DNA from: an uncultured Thermoleophilaceae bacterium | GTDB lineage: Bacteria; Actinomycetota; Thermoleophilia; Solirubrobacterales; JACPNS01 | Reading direction: 5' to 3' | NCBI GenBank assembly: GCA_964455545.1 | Contig: CAYVWQ010000005.1 | Coordinates: forward strand, 24,005 to 88,004 | DNA: 64,000 nucleotides | Shown: piece by piece, positions 36,563-44,947 of the stretch | How the letters are laid out: each line of letters begins with the position of its first letter | Numbering within the stretch: the stretch's first letter is position 1 | Notes under the pieces: generated by a model | What the model was told of the DNA's origin: nothing | Seen by the model: only the letters and a program-made list of their open reading frames with translations | Database searches by the model: none | Made by a program: the position numbers and the translations under genes

Positions 36563-37483
36563 ATGCGAATCGGAGCGGTGGACATCGGCAGCAATTCGAC
36601 GCGGCTTCTGCTCGCCGACGTCGACGACGGCGCGATCAACGAGCTCAGCCGCGAATCGATCGTCACCCGCCTCGGCGACGGCGTCGACAGATCGGGCGCA
36701 CTCAACGAGGCTGCGATGTTGCGCGTGATCGACGCGCTGCAGCAGTACGCCGGCGAGATCGCCCTGGCAAAGTGCGACCGGATCGGCGGCGTCGCGACGT
36801 CCGCCGTCAGAGAGGCAGAGAACGGCGCCGAGTTTGCCGAACGGATCGCCGCGGAGACCGGCATCGCGATCGACGTGATCGGTGGAGATCGCGAGGCGCA
36901 GCTCACCTTCAACGGTGCTTCGACCGGCGAATCGCTTGATGGGGACGGGCGCAGCGTGGTCGTCGACATCGGCGGCGGTTCGACTGAATTCATCGTCGGC
37001 GAGAACGGGCGGTTGCTCTTTCACGAGTCGACCCGGCTCGGCGCCGTCCGGCAGAGCGAGCGCCATCTGCACGGCGACCCGCCGAGCAACGACGAAGTCG
37101 ACGCGCTGCTCGGCGAGGCCGGTGCGATCATCGCCGAAGCCGTTCCCGCCGAGTTCCGCGCTGGCATCTCGCGTGGAATCGGAGTCGCCGGCACACCCAC
37201 GGTGCTGGCCGCGGTCGACCAGGCGCTCGTCCCGTTCGACCCTTGGAAGGTCCACGGCTACGCGATCACGCGGGCCGCGGCCGAGCGCATGCTCGCGCAG
37301 CTCTCGGCCCTGGCTCTGGCCGAACGCCGCGCGGTACCCGGCCTGCACCCGGATCGCGCTCCGACGATCGTCGCCGGCGCAGCGATCCTGCTCGCGACGA
37401 TGCGTGCCTTCGACCTCGCCGAGGTCACAGTCTCGGAGCACGACATCCTCTACGGCGTCGCGCTCGACATCGCCGGCCGCTAA
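36563..37483 (+). CDS. ppx: Ppx/GppA-family phosphatase (exopolyphosphatase-like)
   Basis: 306 aa. ASKHA phosphate-1 motif IGAVDIGSNSTRLL and DIGGGSTEF. Confidence 0.9.
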   Translation: MRIGAVDIGSNSTRLLLADVDDGAINELSRESIVTRLGDGVDRSGALNEAAMLRVIDALQQYAGEIALAKCDRIGGVATSAVREAENGAEFAERIAAETGIAIDVIGGDREAQLTFNGASTGESLDGDGRSVVVDIGGGSTEFIVGENGRLLFHESTRLGAVRQSERHLHGDPPSNDEVDALLGEAGAIIAEAVPAEFRAGISRGIGVAGTPTVLAAVDQALVPFDPWKVHGYAITRAAAERMLAQLSALALAERRAVPGLHPDRAPTIVAGAAILLATMRAFDLAEVTVSEHDILYGVALDIAGR

Positions 37484-38658
37484 GCCGGTTCGACGTCGGG
37501 GTCCAGCGACTTGTCGCTGATCGGGTCGGCCGTCGGCACGCCGCCTTCAGCGCGCCAGCGACGCACCTGTCCGAGCGCGCCCGACACCGTGGCGACCAGC
37601 GGCACCGCGAGGATCCCCCCGATCACACCGGCGATCGTCGTGCCGGCGAGAACGGTGGTCAGCGTGACCACCGGCACCAACGAGACGCGCTCGCCGACGA
37701 CCCTCGGCCGGATGAAGACACTGTTGATCTGCGAGAGCAACAGCATCACGACGATCATCGCGATCATCGTTCCGACTCCGCCGGAGACGAACGACATCGC
37801 CGCCACCAGCGCGCCGGACGCCCACGCCCCGATGATCGGCAGGAAGGCCAGCGCAAACACCACGAGTCCGAGTACGACCGCGAGCTTCACGCCGAAGAGA
37901 AAGGCGAACAGACCTACTCCGAAGCCGTACAGAGCCGCCATCTCGGCGGTGGCCTGCAGGTAGGTTGCGAGCTTCTTGTAGGCGGTCACTCCGAGCTCGT
38001 TGATCGCCGGGCGGTTGACCGGTGCGAAGAAGCCGAGCACCCACTGCCAGTAGCGACCGCCGTCGGCGAGCAGGTAGCCGGTCAGCACGATCGTCAGAGC
38101 AAAGGTCGCGATCGCCTGCAGCACGATCGGCACCGCCGCCTCGATGCCCTGCAGCAGGTACTGCTCGAGCTTCGGGATCGCCTGGTCGACCTTTTGGTGG
38201 ATGTCGGCGATCTGGTCCGGGGTCATGTTCAGCGGCGACCCGGCAAGCCAGTCGTAGAAGTGCTTGCCGACATCGTCGAAGCCGTTCTCGAACGCGTCGA
38301 GGTTGGAGATGAACGGCGGCACGGCGAGCACGATGAAGCCGCCGATCACGCCGAGCGCGACCAGCACGGTCAGGAATGACGCGATTCCGCGCGGCACCCC
38401 TTTGCGTTCGATCCACGCCGCCAGAGGCGAGAGGACCGATGAGATCAGAATCGCCAGCGGCAGCGGGATCACGACGAACTTCAGCTGGATCAGGATCAGG
38501 CAGACGATTCCGAACGCCGCGAGGCTGACGATGAAGCGCCACGACCACCCGGCGATCGTCCCGAGCGCGCCCCAGCGATCGTCGTGCGGCGAGTCCGGGG
38601 CGAACATCGACTTCTGCTCACTCATCGATGTCAATCCTGTCGCCCGCATCGGCGTCAC
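37480..38658 (-). CDS. AI-2E family transporter (PerM/UPF0118)
   Basis: 392 aa with multiple TM segments and the typical central loop. The start may be a later Met (38625 or 38607). Confidence 0.8.
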   Translation of the reverse strand: MTPMRATGLTSMSEQKSMFAPDSPHDDRWGALGTIAGWSWRFIVSLAAFGIVCLILIQLKFVVIPLPLAILISSVLSPLAAWIERKGVPRGIASFLTVLVALGVIGGFIVLAVPPFISNLDAFENGFDDVGKHFYDWLAGSPLNMTPDQIADIHQKVDQAIPKLEQYLLQGIEAAVPIVLQAIATFALTIVLTGYLLADGGRYWQWVLGFFAPVNRPAINELGVTAYKKLATYLQATAEMAALYGFGVGLFAFLFGVKLAVVLGLVVFALAFLPIIGAWASGALVAAMSFVSGGVGTMIAMIVVMLLLSQINSVFIRPRVVGERVSLVPVVTLTTVLAGTTIAGVIGGILAVPLVATVSGALGQVRRWRAEGGVPTADPISDKSLDPDVEPA

Positions 38659-40720
38659 CTGCCGGCGGGCGCGCGCCCTCCTCTTCGAGCCAGCCGACCA
38701 GCACCTCGTGCATGTGGCCGGCGCCGATTATCTCGTCGGGTGCCTGCGACCACTCGGACGGAACGAATGCGAACGGCTTGTTCTGGGTGCCGCCGAGCCC
38801 CCCGTGGGACCCGACGAGCTCCTCGAACGCGGCAACCTCGCCCGATTCTTCGTCGTATATCGACACGACGTAGATGTCCGGCGCGTCGGTGAATCCGGCG
38901 GCGCGCGCGAGGTGATGCGGCGCGTTCTTGCCGTAGTGCTTCAGCGGGTCGCTCCCCTCGATCTCGCCCGAGCCGAGATGGTGCACACCGTCGGCCCCGA
39001 TCGCGATCGGCCCCTCCGGCGTCTGAACGCAGATGAATCCCACACCGCTGTGCGTCGCGAGCGTCGTGATCAGTCCCGGGAACAGCCGCTCGATCCCGGC
39101 GCGGTCGAGGCGCTCGCCGTGCTCGGGGAAGTAAACGAGCCCGAGGTTGCCGGACGCGAGCACGATCACGTCGGGCTTGTCGCCCGCTTCCTCAATCTTC
39201 GACTCGGTCTCCTCGTTCTCGGCCTCGGGGCCCAGCCGCACCTCGTCGCCGCCGGGGTTGCGGCGCTCGACCTGGCGCCGCACCGCGGTGGCGGTCGCAC
39301 CCTCGGAAGAGGCGACCTGCGCGACGGCGGCGCCGATATTGCCCCACGCCTCGTCGGCGGATTCAACCGTCGCGACATCGTGGTCGGCGGCGATCGTCCG
39401 TTTGACGACGTCTTCAAGCGTCTCGCCGAAGCGCTGCTTGAAGGTCGCGCCCTGACTCTGGCCGTGGTCGGAGAGCACGACGAACTTGTAGGGGCGGGGA
39501 GCTGCCGCCGCGATTCGCTCGAGGCGGCCGAACTGCTGGTCGAGGCGGCGCAGCACGTCGAGCGCGTCGCGCCGTTCGATCCCCGAATGGTGTGCGACCT
39601 CGTCGTAACCGACGAACGTTGCGTAGCTCACCGGCACCCCCTCGAACATGTCGCCGACCAGCGAGAAGATGTTGAAGTCACGCATGATCACAGTCATGCC
39701 GCAGCGCAGCAGCGGATAGATGCCTCCGCGCGAGACGCGCGGCCGGATGTCGAGTTGGCGTTGCCGCCGCGCCTCGATCTTCTCGATGATGATGTCCCAG
39801 GCGCTCAGCGTGAGCGTGCGCGAGGGGTTGAACGGATCGGCGAAATAGGCGTAGAAGTCGCGCGAATAGAGCTTGTCGCGCACGCGACTGAGCGTCAGCA
39901 GAGAACGCGGTGCGTCGCCGGACATCAGGTTGCCGCGGCTGGTGCCACCGTACGCGAGCAGGCCCTTGCCGGTCGAGAGCCGCTTCTCGACCTCTTCGAC
40001 GTCCTTCGCGCTCGACGAGGTCATCAGCCTGCCCGTCGACCGCTCGTACCACCGGAAGGCCGGAATGTTCTCGTTGCTGCCGAGCAACAGCCCCGCCTGC
40101 GAAGCGCTCGTCTGCGAGGAGAGGTCGCACTCCCAGTTGATGATGCGGTGGCTGCCTTCGTTTAGCCAGCGGGCCATCGTCGGCATGTGGCCGTTGGTGA
40201 TCGCGCGGCGCATCACCGGCTCGGCGAGCCCGTCGATCTCGAGGAAGAACACCCCCGGCACGTCGGAGTGCTGAATCTCGCGACCCTGGCGTTTGACCAC
40301 GCGACGGATCGAGCGCAACACCACGCGTTCGTAGTACCAATCGCGCTCTCCGACTCCGAAAATCGACGTCACGAGGATGTTGCCGATCGTCAGCAGAATC
40401 ACCACGACGACTCCCGCGCCGGCGGTGACCCGCACTCCGTCGACGAACTCGCTCGCCATCGCGATCACGATCCCGGCCATCAGCACCGACCCGAGGCCGG
40501 CGGTGAAGACCGCGAAGCGGAGCGCCAGTGAAATCACGGACGGCCAGATCAAAGAGTTGAAGACCGAGATCGCCAGCGCGATGCCGATCGCGGCGCCGAA
40601 GTTCGGGACGTCGAAGCCCGGCATGGTCTGCGCCAGCAGCCAGACGATCAGGGCGTTGAACAGAATCAGCGCGGACGCGCGCCAGATGCTGCTCCAGACC
40701 GAACGCGCTGCGCCGCTCAA
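38618..40720 (-). CDS. membrane-anchored alkaline-phosphatase-superfamily (nucleotide pyrophosphatase/phosphodiesterase-like) protein with N-terminal holin-like 4-TM domain
   Basis: 700 aa. N-terminal hydrophobic domain (PGFDVPNFGAAIGIALAISVFNSLIWP...), then FFLEIDGLAEPV...WECDLSSQTSASQAGLL and VVLSDHGQS, typical of type I phosphodiesterase/AP family. TTG start overlaps the upstream stop. Confidence 0.75.
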   Translation of the reverse strand: MSGAARSVWSSIWRASALILFNALIVWLLAQTMPGFDVPNFGAAIGIALAISVFNSLIWPSVISLALRFAVFTAGLGSVLMAGIVIAMASEFVDGVRVTAGAGVVVVILLTIGNILVTSIFGVGERDWYYERVVLRSIRRVVKRQGREIQHSDVPGVFFLEIDGLAEPVMRRAITNGHMPTMARWLNEGSHRIINWECDLSSQTSASQAGLLLGSNENIPAFRWYERSTGRLMTSSSAKDVEEVEKRLSTGKGLLAYGGTSRGNLMSGDAPRSLLTLSRVRDKLYSRDFYAYFADPFNPSRTLTLSAWDIIIEKIEARRQRQLDIRPRVSRGGIYPLLRCGMTVIMRDFNIFSLVGDMFEGVPVSYATFVGYDEVAHHSGIERRDALDVLRRLDQQFGRLERIAAAAPRPYKFVVLSDHGQSQGATFKQRFGETLEDVVKRTIAADHDVATVESADEAWGNIGAAVAQVASSEGATATAVRRQVERRNPGGDEVRLGPEAENEETESKIEEAGDKPDVIVLASGNLGLVYFPEHGERLDRAGIERLFPGLITTLATHSGVGFICVQTPEGPIAIGADGVHHLGSGEIEGSDPLKHYGKNAPHHLARAAGFTDAPDIYVVSIYDEESGEVAAFEELVGSHGGLGGTQNKPFAFVPSEWSQAPDEIIGAGHMHEVLVGWLEEEGARPPAGDADAGDRIDIDE

Positions 40721-41514
40721 CTGTTCTCCCGTGGTGCGATCGTGACCTCGTCACCGGGTTCGATCAGCTCGACCCTGGCGTCGGAAGACGACTGCTCGAC
40801 GAACGAGCGGAACCTCCGGGGAGGGTCTACGAGCAGCTCCGGGCGGCGTTTTGCCATACCCGCCGGAAGATATCCGCCCCAGTGGACCGGTACGGCGACG
40901 CGTGGATCCAGCAACTCGACGGCCTTCGCGGCACGCTCGGGATCGAGGTGTCCGGTGCCGAGCTTCGGCCCCCAGCCCCAGACGGGAACGAGCGCGACGT
41001 CGAGTTCGGGCGCAAGTCCCGCCATCTCGTCGTACAGATCGGTGTCGCCTGCGTAGTAGACGGTCTGTCCCCCCTCGACGACGAACCCGATCGTCTCGGC
41101 CGGTGGGTTCCACGGCATCCGCTTGCCGCCGTGATCGGCATGGACCGCGCGGATGCCCAGTCCGCTCGCCTCGATCTCGTCGCCGTCGCTGACCCCGACG
41201 ACATTCCCGAACCCGAGACGCTTCATCAACTTGACGGAGTCCGACGGAACGACCGCGGTGGCCGACTTGTCGACCAGCTGGAGCGAGCGTTTGTCGAGGT
41301 GGTCGAGGTGACCGTGTGAGATCAGCAACACGTCCGGCCGCCCCCAACGCTCGATGTCGACGAGTGGTGCGTGGCGCTGCAGGTGGAGCAGGCTGCTGCG
41401 GAAGAGCGGGTCGATCAGCACACGTGCGCCCTCGAGCTCCACCAGCAACGTGGAATGGCCGGCGAACGCCACCGAAATTTCACCCGAATCTCTCACCGCC
41501 AGATTGTGACGCAA
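40717..41514 (-). CDS. MBL-fold metallo-hydrolase
   Basis: 265 aa. Metal motif LLISHGHLDHLD. Non-ATG start; the exact start is uncertain. Confidence 0.8.
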   Translation of the reverse strand: MRHNLAVRDSGEISVAFAGHSTLLVELEGARVLIDPLFRSSLLHLQRHAPLVDIERWGRPDVLLISHGHLDHLDKRSLQLVDKSATAVVPSDSVKLMKRLGFGNVVGVSDGDEIEASGLGIRAVHADHGGKRMPWNPPAETIGFVVEGGQTVYYAGDTDLYDEMAGLAPELDVALVPVWGWGPKLGTGHLDPERAAKAVELLDPRVAVPVHWGGYLPAGMAKRRPELLVDPPRRFRSFVEQSSSDARVELIEPGDEVTIAPRENS

Positions 41515-41531
41515 TGCGTAAGATGCCTCAC

Positions 41532-43007
41532 ATGAGCGAGCCAGAAGTCACCACGGAAGACGTCCAAGAAGCAGTAGAGACCACCGAGGCGCCTCCGGGG
41601 TACTCACCGTACAAGCTCGGGATCGGCGTGAGCGTCGTGATGGTGCTGGCCTCGATCAGCCTCTTCCTCGCCTTTCTGACGCTCTGGGCCGACCGCCAGA
41701 TCCTCGACTCGCAGCAGTGGACCGACACGTCGACCGAGGTGATCGAAGAGCCGGTCGTGCGCAACGCGCTGGCCACCTACCTCGTCGACCAGCTGTTCGA
41801 CGAGATCAACGTCGAGCAGGAGCTGAAGAACCAGCTCCCCAACGACTGGGACGTGCTCGCCAGTCCCGCAACCAGCGCGATGCACTCGCTCGCCCTCAGC
41901 GCGGCGAAGCAGGCGCTCGCTCAACCGGCGGTCCAGGCGGCGTGGAAGCAGGCCAACCTGCTCACGCACGAACAGTTGATCGCGATCCTCGAGGGCGGCA
42001 ACGACAAGGTCAGCACCGAGAACGGCGTCGTGACGATCAACGGCAAGCTGATCCTCTCCGATGTCGCGCGCCAGGTCGGACTGAGCCAGAGCCTCGTCGA
42101 CAAGATCCCGGCCGGCGCCGGCAACTTCGAGGTCTGGCGCTCGAACGATCTCGCAGCGGCGCAGAACGCCTACAAGATCTCGAAGGACCTGCGCTGGGTG
42201 TTCGCCGGCCTCGCCGCCCTGCTCTTCATCGTCGCGATCTGGCTGGCCGCCGGCCGACGCCGCCGCGCCGTCACCTGGATGGGCGTGTCGTTCATCTCGG
42301 TCGGCCTGCTCGTGCTGATCGCCGTCTCGCTCGCGAAGACGCCGGCGGTCAACGGACTGGCCCAGACGGCGTCCGTGAAGCCCGCCGTCGCCGAGATCTA
42401 CACGACCGTCACCGAACTGCTCAAGACGATGGCGCGGTCGATCATCTTCACCGGAGTCCTCGTGGTGCTGGCCGCCCTGGTGGCCGGCCCGTACCGCTGG
42501 GCGGTGGCGACCCGCCGCTTCCTCGCGCCCTACTTCCGGGACTATCTGCCGGTCTCGATCGCTGCTGCGCTGCTGCTGTACCTGATCATCATCTGGCTTG
42601 TCCCGGCGACCGGGTTCCGCCAGACCACCGGCCTGATCATCAACTCGATCCTCGCAATTGCCGGCTTCATCGCGCTCGTGCGGATCTCGCGCCAGGAGTT
42701 CCCCGATGCCGAACCAGTCGACTTCGGTGGCGTCGGCTCGTGGATGGGCGATCGCTGGACAAGCGCCCGTGGCTACGTCGAGGACAAGACGCGCGACGTC
42801 GAGATGCCGAAGTTCGGTCGCGGCGAGGAGACCACCAAGGTCACAAAGGTTGAGGAGCGGACCGTCGAGACGGACACTGCAGGCGCCCCGACCACCGAAC
42901 AGCCGACCGACAAGATCGGCGAGCTCGAGCGCCTCGCGCAGCTGCACCGCTCCGGTGCGCTGAACGACGCCGAGTTCGAGGCGGCGAAAAAGAACCTGCT
43001 CGGTTGA
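41532..43007 (+). CDS. integral membrane protein with C-terminal SHOCT domain
   Basis: The ATG at 41532 gives MSEPEVTTEDV. Several TM segments. C-terminal ELERLAQLHRSGALNDAEFEAAKKNLL matches the SHOCT pattern. Confidence 0.7.
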   Translation: MSEPEVTTEDVQEAVETTEAPPGYSPYKLGIGVSVVMVLASISLFLAFLTLWADRQILDSQQWTDTSTEVIEEPVVRNALATYLVDQLFDEINVEQELKNQLPNDWDVLASPATSAMHSLALSAAKQALAQPAVQAAWKQANLLTHEQLIAILEGGNDKVSTENGVVTINGKLILSDVARQVGLSQSLVDKIPAGAGNFEVWRSNDLAAAQNAYKISKDLRWVFAGLAALLFIVAIWLAAGRRRRAVTWMGVSFISVGLLVLIAVSLAKTPAVNGLAQTASVKPAVAEIYTTVTELLKTMARSIIFTGVLVVLAALVAGPYRWAVATRRFLAPYFRDYLPVSIAAALLLYLIIIWLVPATGFRQTTGLIINSILAIAGFIALVRISRQEFPDAEPVDFGGVGSWMGDRWTSARGYVEDKTRDVEMPKFGRGEETTKVTKVEERTVETDTAGAPTTEQPTDKIGELERLAQLHRSGALNDAEFEAAKKNLLG

Positions 43008-44909
43008 TCAGTCCGCAGTGGGCGGTGCGGAGGCGAGGATCTTCCGCACCTTGGCGGTCAGCGTCTCGAGGTCGTAAGAACCCTCGTGACGCCGCTCGTT
43101 GATGAAGAAGCTCGGCGTCCCGGTGACCAGACTCTCGTCTGCACTCTCGACGTCCTCGGCGACGCGATCGGCGAAGTCCCGCCCGCGTAGGTCCTCCCAG
43201 AAGCGGTCGAGATCGAGGCCGACTCGCTCGGCGTAATCGCGCAGGTCACGCATTTCGATTTCGTTCTGGTGATCGATCATCAGATCGTGCATCTCCCAGA
43301 ACTTGCCCTGTGCGGCGGCAGCCTCTGCGGCCTCTGCGGCGAGCTGGGCGCGCGGGTGGACGTCCTGCAGCGGCAGGTGACGCCAGACGTAGCGCAGCTC
43401 ATCGTCGAAGCGCTCGAGCAGCTCGCGCACCGAGTCCTCGGCGCGGCCGCAGTAGATGCACTCGTAGTCGCCGTACTCAAGCAGCGTCACGCGTGCGTCC
43501 ATCGGACCGCGGATGTGGTCGCGCTCGGGGTCGACCGCGCGCGCCAGGTCGGTCAGCAGAGCGGACGGAGTCACCGAACTCTCGCGTCGGCCGCCAAAAC
43601 GAGTCGTTGCCCAGATGATCGCGCCGCCCAGGGCCGTGGAGATCACCGCTGCGGCAAGGATGCCCACCTTGGCCTCGTCGAGCGTGCGGCCTTCGAAGGC
43701 GATCTCGGCGATGAACAGCGACAGCGTGAAGCCGATGCCGCACAGCGCCGCGGCGCCGAACACCGGCGGCAGCTCGACCGGAAGCGGCATGCGTCCGAGC
43801 CGCGGATGCGCGGCCGCGACGGTGGTGAGGCCGATGCCGAAAAGCTTTCCGAACACGAGTGCGAGCACGATGCCGATCGTCACCGAGGAGGTCAGCGAAT
43901 CGGCAAGCAGCGGGCCGTCGATCTTCACGCCGGCGTTCGCGAGCGCGAAGACCGGCACGATCAGGAAGCTCGTCCACGGGTGGAGACCGAACTGGAGCCG
44001 CTCGTTCTCGGACACCGCGTTCTGCACGTAGAGCCGCGCCGAGCGCGCGAGTTCAGCGGTCGGCTGTTCGCGGAACAACCGGGTGATCGCTGTCGCGCGC
44101 TCGAGGTCCTGGCGCGCCGGCGGGCGGGCGCTGATCGCCAGTCCGATCAGTACACCGGCGATCGTCGGGTGTACACCCGACTGCGACATCGCGATCCAGA
44201 TCGCCACGCCGATCAGCTCGTAAGGCCGACGACTGAGCGGACCGATCCAACGCACCGCGGCCGCGATCAGCGCGAGTCCGACGACAACGGCGAGCGCTTC
44301 GAACGAGATGTCACTGCTGTAGGCGAACGCGATCACCAGCAGGGTGCCGATGTCGTCCGCGATCACCAGCGTGAGCACGAACACGCGCAGACGCGCGGGC
44401 AGGCGACGGCCGAGCAACGCGAGCATGCCGAGCGCGAACGCGGTGTCGGTCGGCATCACCGTGCCCCACCCGTCGGCGTTCGGCCCGCCGGCGTTGAAGG
44501 CGAGGTAGATCACTGCGGGAAGCGTCATCCCGCCGATCGCCGCGAGCACCGGCACAGCCACGCGGCGTCGCTCGCGCAACTCGCCCATGTCGAACTCGCG
44601 CCGGACCTCCAGGCCGACGACGAGGAAGAAGAACGTCATCAGTCCGTCGTTGACCCAGTAGTGCAGGTCGCCGCCGAGGGTGTGCGTCCCGAGCGTGAGC
44701 GAGAAGTTCGTGTGCCAGAAGTTCTCGTAGCTGTCGCCGAAGGCGTTGGCCCAGATGAGTGCGGCAAGCGAGGCCGCCAGCAGCACGAAGGCGCCGCTGA
44801 CCTCGGTGTTCATGTACGAGCGCAGAGGCGCCGCGATGTTGCGAGTCCAGGCGGTGTGTCCGGTCAGGCCGCGGATCGCTTCGCCCGGTGTCGCAGCCGC
44901 CTCGTTCAT
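43008..44909 (-). CDS. nhaA: Na+/H+ antiporter NhaA fused to a C-terminal DsbA-like thioredoxin domain
   Basis: 633 aa. N-terminal ~430 aa is NhaA-like (WVNDGLMTFFFLVVGLEVRRE, LVIADDIG). C-terminal LLEYGDYECIYCG (CxxC) DsbA-like domain. Confidence 0.9.
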   Translation of the reverse strand: MNEAAATPGEAIRGLTGHTAWTRNIAAPLRSYMNTEVSGAFVLLAASLAALIWANAFGDSYENFWHTNFSLTLGTHTLGGDLHYWVNDGLMTFFFLVVGLEVRREFDMGELRERRRVAVPVLAAIGGMTLPAVIYLAFNAGGPNADGWGTVMPTDTAFALGMLALLGRRLPARLRVFVLTLVIADDIGTLLVIAFAYSSDISFEALAVVVGLALIAAAVRWIGPLSRRPYELIGVAIWIAMSQSGVHPTIAGVLIGLAISARPPARQDLERATAITRLFREQPTAELARSARLYVQNAVSENERLQFGLHPWTSFLIVPVFALANAGVKIDGPLLADSLTSSVTIGIVLALVFGKLFGIGLTTVAAAHPRLGRMPLPVELPPVFGAAALCGIGFTLSLFIAEIAFEGRTLDEAKVGILAAAVISTALGGAIIWATTRFGGRRESSVTPSALLTDLARAVDPERDHIRGPMDARVTLLEYGDYECIYCGRAEDSVRELLERFDDELRYVWRHLPLQDVHPRAQLAAEAAEAAAAQGKFWEMHDLMIDHQNEIEMRDLRDYAERVGLDLDRFWEDLRGRDFADRVAEDVESADESLVTGTPSFFINERRHEGSYDLETLTAKVRKILASAPPTAD

Positions 44910-44947
44910 CTGGACTCCGTTCTCATCAACGGATTATGGCTAGGTGA

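Noticed and set aside
36533-37441. Upstream 300 codons of the 429-aa minus-strand ORF 36152-37441
   Set aside because: It is antisense to a well-supported Ppx/GppA gene (DIGSNSTRLL motif). Only the last 126 codons, from the ATG at 36532, look like a real hydrophobic membrane protein.
38264-40165. 633-aa plus-strand ORF
   Set aside because: It is antisense to the AI-2E and alkaline-phosphatase-family genes. The composition is Arg/Ala/Val/Asp-rich with no motif, so it is a shadow ORF.
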